Shown here: one piece after another, positions 56,740 through 64,000 of the stretch
How positions within the stretch are numbered: the stretch's first letter is position 1
Layout: each line of letters begins with the position of its first letter
Source: Oopsacas minuta
Taxonomy: Eukaryota > Animalia > Porifera
DNA length: 64,000 nt
Assembly: GCA_024704765.1 (NCBI GenBank)
Contig: JAKMXF010000210.1
Coordinates: 1 to 64,000, forward strand
Reading direction: 5' to 3'
Notes under the pieces: model-generated
Told to the model about the DNA's origin: nothing
The model's database searches: none
The model's input: only the letters and a program-made list of their open reading frames with translations
Position numbers and translations under genes: made by a program

Positions 56740-58530
56740 CCATGGACAATAGCTCTCATGTGGTGACGCTTTGTATTTTACTTCCCCTCCTTCTACAAGC
56801 TAGATAATGTTGTGTACTTTGTTTGTGTATTAGTTAATTGTACTGTATCAGCGTATAAATATACTGCTATTACTTAATATGGACAAACTGCTATTATAAT
56901 GTTAGATCTAGTGAATTTCTTTCTTGTTGTCATAAACATACATTTGTTACTTGTCTTGTTGTATTTTACGTTATGCACGTATACAAATCATCTATTTGTT
57001 ATCACCTTCTTGCCAAAATTAGGTTAATATGTACAAAACCTTTTTCGACTAGTGCCTATTTACCTGGTACACCTTCCCGCATATTGATCAGCCTTTGTCC
57101 TGTCATGCCATTGATTATCCACGTCCTCACTAAATGATATATGATCAAATATTGAAATTGCTTGACAAGACAATGATGAAATAATTCAGTTAATGTATTT
57201 ACTAATTAAGAGAATCTTTGGTTTTCTTCATACGTAAATAAAGATATTCGATTTACTGACTGTATTCTCGCGTTATTAGTCTAACGCATATGCTATGGAT
57301 AATGCTATTCATATATTAGTCTCCTATTCTTGGTTGCCTTTAAAAAACTTTAATCTATATACAAGAGATCTACAAATTTCATACTTCTTTCTTATCCATA
57401 GTACATGTATATTACTTTTTCAAACAACTTTTTCATTCAGACAATCTAAAGTAATATCAGATAAGTACACACATTACATTAGTTAGGTAAACTGATGGTA
57501 CAGTTTTATCTCCAGAAGTATCAAGGATGTATCAACTAGATTATATGCAATTTATCGGCTTTAAATCCTCTATTGCACGTGTATCTATATATCATTATTT
57601 GTCCTTATGTATTTCCTGTGAGTATATACTAATGAATTAATCGACATACGCGAATATTTTGACTACAGTTCACTTCTATCCCGGACAATAAGGGGAAATT
57701 TAAATATGTAGAGATTGCTAAATTTGCAAGTTGTTACTCGTAATCCAGAATGTATGTACTGATAATTATTTAATGAGTACAGGTTTAATCGCAGTAGAAT
57801 GTGAACACAGATTATATTATGTATTGCATGATCTAGGATTCTAGGGATTATCACATTCTTACCGAACAGGTTTGAATACGAAATTCTGCTTTAATTATTC
57901 CATCAAATCTCAAATCAGTTACCATTTCCTCGACGATTTGAACTCTATTTAATTTCTTATTCTATTATATTGAGCAATGATTGAGAAATTGTGCTATGCT
58001 AATGAATAAAATAGGCGACAATAATTAATTGTAATTGTACTTAATAAAGGAATTATTTGAATACATCTACAGATCATTAATAGCTGATTAGATTTCCAAT
58101 TAGATCATGATTGTTTTGTTACCTTATTTAATACATTGCTATTTGATCATATGTACCATTTGTTGGGTATCAAACTATGGAATTGTATACACTATAGATT
58201 TGCACAATGTTAAGCACTGCTAAGATACAACAACAAAGTTAGCATACATCTATTGATAGCAATAATACTTAGACCTAATCTAGTGGGTAATTTATTTACC
58301 CACTATAAACTGATCTTAAGCGAGTTTATTTTAGAGTTCACTATTTCCTAATCATTCAGGATGCTGGAAATTAATTAATCTCTATTACCTTATATGTAGT
58401 TGTCCTGTTTCGCCAGTTGACTGACATGTACATTTTGAAATCAAAATCGTATTCTATTTATAAAATTTCCTGACAAAGTGTTGAAACAATAAATATTAAA
58501 ATATAAAAGCAATACTTCAGTAAATATTAG

Positions 58531-59571
58531 ATGTCAATTCGAGTAACAGACTTTCCAACAGCTCCTTTGTTACATGGCGCTATCCCATGTTCAGCTAACA
58601 GCATCAAGGAAGAGATCGCTACTTTAGAATTGTATATTCAACAATTAAAGACGTACCAACACGAAATTAAAGACAAACCAGTTTCTGAGGTGATTAAAAT
58701 TAAGGAAATTGACACTAGTTGTAATAAAGAGAATTTTGACAATTTCAATTCTTGCTTTTCCCTTATACAAAATGAAGTAGTAAATAAGAGAATATTTAGC
58801 CCTGCTCCAGCTCCTCCTGTAGATGATGTAATACTAGTTGATGACTTAACTGAATCACCTGAGAAAGTAATAGATAGTGAATCTGTGGAAAAAACATTTT
58901 TAATACCTCAAATTCACTCCAAGAGGATTTCTGGAAAATTAAGAAAACTCAAAACTCTTGTAATTCCAAGTAAAAAGATAATTATGTCCAAACACAACAT
59001 CCGTAAATTAGAGCTCTCTGTCAATCAAGCTCAAGTAGCAAGAGACCATAATTATTCATCTCCTAACAAGGCTAACGTTAGTATACGACACTTAGGTCAA
59101 TTCAGCTGGGGTAAACTCAATTCTGATGACAAACAATATCTCTGTAAGGTAGTCAATGCTTTTGTCAACCACTGTTACAGTCGACAGGCTAGGAGGCAGA
59201 TTCTACGAAAACTTGGACTATCACACACAACAGTGAATGGGATATTTAATCTAGCTACTGATAAGTTTAATTCTAATCGTTTAAATCAGATCGAAAGAAC
59301 TCTTGATCTTGGAAAAACTACTTGCTGTCATAAAGCTCATCTCTCTTCCTATTTTCTAGCTCCTGTTTCTAGACTTAAACTTCCAGAATATTCTAAACAG
59401 TGCTCTAGAATACTCCGTGATTGCATATTACCTCTTCCAGTTTCCAACACAAATCCCTCTCCTAGGATAAAGTCTACAAACTCAAATTCTTCTAAAGCAA
59501 AGAAAAAGACTCCTATAAACTACCAAAATGAGAGTTTTACAACTAGGTCCTTAAGGAGACGGAAATATTGA
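58531..59571 (+). CDS. Uncharacterised basic nuclear-like protein, 346 aa
   Basis: Long ATG-initiated ORF in AT-rich DNA; contains NKEN, DHNY and basic stretches (KAKKK, RRRKY); no domain recognised. Confidence 0.65.
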   Translation: MSIRVTDFPTAPLLHGAIPCSANSIKEEIATLELYIQQLKTYQHEIKDKPVSEVIKIKEIDTSCNKENFDNFNSCFSLIQNEVVNKRIFSPAPAPPVDDVILVDDLTESPEKVIDSESVEKTFLIPQIHSKRISGKLRKLKTLVIPSKKIIMSKHNIRKLELSVNQAQVARDHNYSSPNKANVSIRHLGQFSWGKLNSDDKQYLCKVVNAFVNHCYSRQARRQILRKLGLSHTTVNGIFNLATDKFNSNRLNQIERTLDLGKTTCCHKAHLSSYFLAPVSRLKLPEYSKQCSRILRDCILPLPVSNTNPSPRIKSTNSNSSKAKKKTPINYQNESFTTRSLRRRKY

Positions 59572-59770
59572 AAGAAACTCTCAAACACACTCTTTTAGTA
59601 TTATTTTCATACTCTATTTTGTTTTGTATTATATCACAAATAAATATATTTCTTCTCTGAATTTTTTTCAAACACACACAATTATCTTTCTGGGCAATTT
59701 ATCTCATTCCTCATTCAAATAATTAATATAGAAATACATTATTAAGATTGATTTAATAAGATTTCACATT

Positions 59771-59788
59771 ACACACACACACACACAC
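59771..59788 (+). repeat. (AC)9 microsatellite
   Basis: Read directly from the sequence. Confidence 0.9.
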
Positions 59789-59912
59789 TCTCTTAGTGCT
59801 GAGCAACATTCATGTAATAGACCATTTCTGACGTGTATTGTCGTTAAGTGATGAGGTTGGTTGGTAATTAATTATTTGTGATTCTTGAAGCTCACTTCTA
59901 CCTCTTTTCTTC

Positions 59913-60241
59913 TTAAAAACAATTCTGCCAACGATTTAGCTCTATTCCCATGATATACTGACTATCTTCAAAGCAAGAATTGATAAACCTTGGTATGCAA
60001 GGCTCGTATGAGTGTAAGCCATCGAATAGAATACTCAATTCATTCTTATCAAGATACCCTTTGAATTTATCTCTGTCTAAATATGTGAAAATATATCTAA
60101 GCACTTCATCCATTTTAGAAGTATCTCCTTGTGGTATTGGCATTGTCAAGTTATTGCTTATAATTTCAAAATCGTGAATAACCTGGAACCATGTGGCGAT
60201 TCGCTTTTTAAATACTTTTAAACTCAAATCAGGACATCTCT
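59913..60241 (-). CDS. Terminal exon encoding a SPARC/testican-type extracellular Ca-binding (EC) domain
   Basis: Acceptor CCTATAG at 60242 (phase 1). RCPDLSLKVFKKRIATWFQVIH resembles testican C..E.....RLRDWF..LH; IFTYLDRDK..GYLDKNEL...EPCIPRFINSC...RWQNCF fits the EF-hand pair. The first ~45 aa of track ORF 59913-60374 are intron. Confidence 0.7.
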
Positions 60242-60994
60242 CTATAGGAATTGAAAGTTTAAACAATTTGTAATTTTGGTAAGTAAAATTGAAAATAGTC
60301 AAAACAAAATTTTGAGTTAAGAGTTTGGCTATATTAATATAATATAATAAATTGAACTTTGTTTTATTATTCAACTTTGTTTGATGTAATTTCTACTTCT
60401 TTTATTAATTTGAACTAAATTAAATATTATAACAGGCTTGGTTTGAGAATTTAGTTTGCATGCATGGCCCCAGATGTCTGTAATTCCTATAGATTGCTGA
60501 CCTTTACAGTTTTCACAGGTTTAGCTTCATTGTTTACATGATATACAGTAATTATATTCCATATTTCCAAGAGGTAGATTAGATTATATCATTGCTCAAT
60601 TCTTATGCAAATTTCAATCAGTAATTCCTTACCAGCGTAATCACAAAACCCACATTCAGGTGACCTGTTTGAACAGCAAATGATTGTTTAGTGAATTCTG
60701 TATGGATCAAATTTATGTAATCTTAACAGAAGATAGACTTGTGACACTTTTAGAATGTATATGCATGTTCAAGTCAAATGTCTCTCATCATACAGAAATT
60801 TATCACACGGTCAAAAATGCGGTTAATATGATACAGCAATATATACGGATTTCGGTTTAAGTGTAGTTCGCTAAAAGTTAAGACATTTTGCATTTCAACC
60901 AAAATCTAGTGCTGTATTTTCATCATCAAACTTCAATAATTAAGTTTTCGATTTATTCGTTCTCAAGCAACGAGATTTATCTGGGAATAGTTAT

Positions 60995-62253
60995 TTAATT
61001 ATTACCTTTTAAATATGACTTGAAGTTTGCAAATTGTTTCGTACTCCCCATAGCAACGGGTAATCCATACGAATCATGTCTACCATATCCATACAACATT
61101 AGTCCGAATTTAATATCTGTGCTAGTAGGCTTTAGTGAGTGTCTTCCTTGTTGTGACCTGAAGTGTATGATAGTAGAAGAGTAGTTAGTGTTTGTTATAG
61201 TTGTCCATGGAGATATTAGCTTGACTCCATCAATCATTAGTTCATCTTTATGTGTAGAGTCTATAATTATATTTGCGTATGATTCGAAATCATAGGGTGG
61301 TGTTACGATACTAAGTTCATTTGTGAATTGCGTTACAGCTGGTATCAATAACATTATCGGGTCATAACGGAATGATTCTTTATAACTCCCCATGCTGAAA
61401 TAGCTAACAAGAATAGGTTCATTACTACCTACAGAGAAATAGTTGTTGTTGTAGAAATATATCTCAGCTGATTGGCCTTCATTCAATATGTATAATTCTC
61501 CATTTGCATGGACAAGCGTGCCATTCCTCGCTGCCAGTATTTTCACCAAATTTCCATACACACTGCCTACCATTGGAGCTATTATATACTCCTTCCCCCA
61601 GTACTCAACAGCTGGTATTTGTTTCATCATATTATTACACAAATGCCTGCTAATACATTCATGTCCTGAATAAACTGATACAGGAACATCTGACACGATC
61701 TTAGTGCCTGTGAGATCATCGATCTCTGAAGATATCTTAATGCTCTCCATTGGTTGGAGCTGTAATGTTACTGGGGAGTTTGCCTCGAATTTTCTACCCT
61801 CAATCGTAAGAGGTACTTTAGCTATAATAGTAACAACAGAATGACTAACAGCTGATCCAGCGATAGCAAACAAGCTCTTGAATCTACCGAAATATCTCTG
61901 CGGAATTGACACTACATAATATTCCTGCGGAACTGCGCTTAAAGGAAATGTCACTAGCATATCCGTGAAAATCAAACTATGATTTACTAAGTAAATTGTT
62001 ACCGGTGCAGATGATGTCACAGATAAACTCTTGTATCTATCCCATTCTCTCAGAGAAACATAACTTGGAATTAGTATAACCTTTTTCGAGCCAGCTTGTA
62101 TATCTATGTTGGTACGTGAGAATGCTATAGAAGGATGTGTCTTTATGTTGACTGTAGCGTTTACTCTGCTAAGTATCATGATGTATAGTCTCTGTGATAA
62201 AGCTTGATGGAGAAAGCAAACACTGAACTCTTCTCCTTCATTAATTAAGGACC
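60995..62253 (-). CDS. Exon encoding an IgGFc-binding protein (FCGBP) N-terminal domain
   Basis: Acceptor TTTACAG at 62254 (phase 1) gives SLINEGEEFSVCFL...; DLTGTKIVSDVPVSVYSGHEC, QIPAVEYWGKEYII, YDPIMLLIPAVTQF, FGLMLYGYG..DSYGLP. A possible donor at 61006/61005 and an upstream exon at 62602-62536. Confidence 0.85.
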
Positions 62254-63489
62254 CTGTAAATGTAAATTATTCTGGATAATTAGTATTGCCAAATCAGTGA
62301 TATTTACTCAATTTGCTATGTTGAAAATATGACTGCTGTGAGAAATATTTCCCGTATGGTTATTTCCTCTGAATTTCTAAATAATTAAATTTATTACTGA
62401 GGAAAGAATCCGAATAAGATGTTGAATTAGTTTTTTAGCACACTTAGTCGTATATATCTTCAATCTCTAGAAGTTTAATACATCCATTGATGTAGATTCT
62501 TCATGGATAAAGTACGTATTCGGCGATTTATTTACCATTTGATGTCATTATGCGTCTTAGAAAATTATGTTTTGGAGGACTTTGTTCACATGGCTTTGGT
62601 TCCTGATACAATACAGTAAAACTACTAATCCAACCCATAATTTACTTCCCATTCATCTTAATGCAATCCCTTATCGGATAAGACTTTACTGTATGGATAT
62701 CACAGGAGGTGTAGATTACGATAGCTATCATAGTAGGTAGTTATGTTCTAATTAAATTTCCCCATAAATAGAGCTTAGACTTTTTCCCAAAATTTAATTC
62801 AATATGTATGTAGGTGACTAGCTGAGATTGTATAATCAACAGGTTCGTATTACACATAAACATGTATATTGTATGAACAAGAGATTTCTTACAAATTCAT
62901 TATTAAATCACATTTTTATTAATGTATAGTTATTTAACATTTGAGCCGATTAATCTCTGGTTAGAATTTGTGTAATCTACACCTGCTTAATATTCTTCCT
63001 CCTACATTGATGGTATGATATTTCTCCTAAGTAGAAAATTCTTAATTTTACAATTAACCAGCTAAACAGTAATTCTGTTGGTTAACCACTAAATTATCAG
63101 TCTTGACTTTAACTTTGTATACACACAGAACGATCCTGAAATACATTATTGTACCCATATCATCTTAATAAAATTTTCGATGTATGGAATTGTTTATAAA
63201 TACATACTTCGGATCCCCAACCATTCTTGGTGGCATACAGAATATTTATTTTCTAATAACTTATTCAACTGGTTAAAAATTGATAATTATTCTGACTTAA
63301 TCTACGTATATTGATTACATCTCTTCTCAACTGAGTAAGATATTAAGTTAATAGTAACACAGACAATTAACATAATCAGTATTATATTACCATTGATGTT
63401 AATATGTAAGATTTGTAATCTCTCTAAGCATTTTCTTTAATTTCTAAGAAAACTTTATTTGTTCTATCATTCATATTTGAAATAATTAG

Positions 63490-64000
63490 ATGGAAATTAG
63501 TGATAAATACTCCCCGATCCAGGCTTATAAGGCTAAATTATTGTTCAGAAAATTCAAAAATTTGGTTGCCAATGACAATGAAGCAGAATTGGATATTCTC
63601 TCACTTGAATTTCCAGAAGCAAAATACACCCGTAATCGCAAAGCTAACATATTCTTGAATTCAAATCTTGTTATTTCTAAAGGTATAACAATGACTCTAT
63701 TACATTGGGCTTGCATTAACAACAGTTTCAAATGCGTGAACTGGTTGCTAATACACTCTGCTACTGCGGTATTACCTGACTCAGAAGTAGTATACCCGAT
63801 ACAAACTTGTGTACTATTAAATCACCACCAATGTCTCAGAAGTATCATAGCTTACTGTCCACGAAGTATCAGGTCTACTGGACAGATATCAGATAATCCA
63901 TTAGTTATTGCATGCTCACTCGGACATATAGAGTGTGTTAGATTGCTTATAAAGAATGATATAAATCCAAATGAGTTAGTATTCAATGACGATTCTAATT
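63490..64000 (+). CDS. Ankyrin-repeat protein, 5' part (runs off the window edge; absent from the ORF track)
   Basis: ATG 63490, open to 64000: TLLHWACINNSFKCVNWLL, YPIQTCVLLNHHQCLRSII, NPLVIACSLGHIECVRLLIK. Confidence 0.85.
   Translation, partial: MEISDKYSPIQAYKAKLLFRKFKNLVANDNEAELDILSLEFPEAKYTRNRKANIFLNSNLVISKGITMTLLHWACINNSFKCVNWLLIHSATAVLPDSEVVYPIQTCVLLNHHQCLRSIIAYCPRSIRSTGQISDNPLVIACSLGHIECVRLLIKNDINPNELVFNDDSN

Noticed and set aside
57295-57854. Short ORFs 57295-57486 (+) and 57663-57854 (-), and possible exons near 57490-57620
   Set aside because: No motifs and no phase-consistent gene model could be supported.
58281-58305. 10-bp perfect inverted repeat TAGTGGGTAA/TTACCCACTA
   Set aside because: Too short to separate from chance or a transposon relic without conservation data.

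Overview
AT-rich, gene-dense eukaryotic (animal) genomic DNA. The gene set, small introns and coiled-coil+NHL family best fit an early-branching metazoan such as a hexactinellid (glass) sponge; this is inference, not a database result. The dominant feature is a giant 11-exon gene (17619-44194, +) that I reconstructed by hand with all splice phases consistent. It encodes a ~6,624-aa type I membrane protein: signal peptide, Calx-beta-like and CCR-motif domains, two proprotein-convertase P domains, ~32 bacterial-adhesin/cadherin-like repeats including a ~943-aa super-repeat, two RGD motifs, one TM helix and a Pro-rich tail. One exon is 17,185 bp. Its 4.7-kb intron 7 holds three same-strand genes: an anchor-less P450, a RING/TRAF-ZnF/NZF protein and a small TM protein. 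Other genes: SLC25 carrier, HELLS, RPL9, CLINT1 with an RPP14-like gene nested antisense in intron 2, ZWILCH, two PhyH dioxygenase paralogues (gene-conversion tract, permuted duplication signature), RBCK1/HOIL-1-like ligase without UBL, CDC20 without IR tail, LAMP-family protein, an orphan ORF, FCGBP-N and SPARC-EC exons, and an ankyrin gene running off the right edge. Mobile DNA: one complete Tc1 (DD34E) element with a single nonsense codon, a FLYWCH remnant, an NHL pseudogene and several MITEs. All counts and alignments were made by eye.
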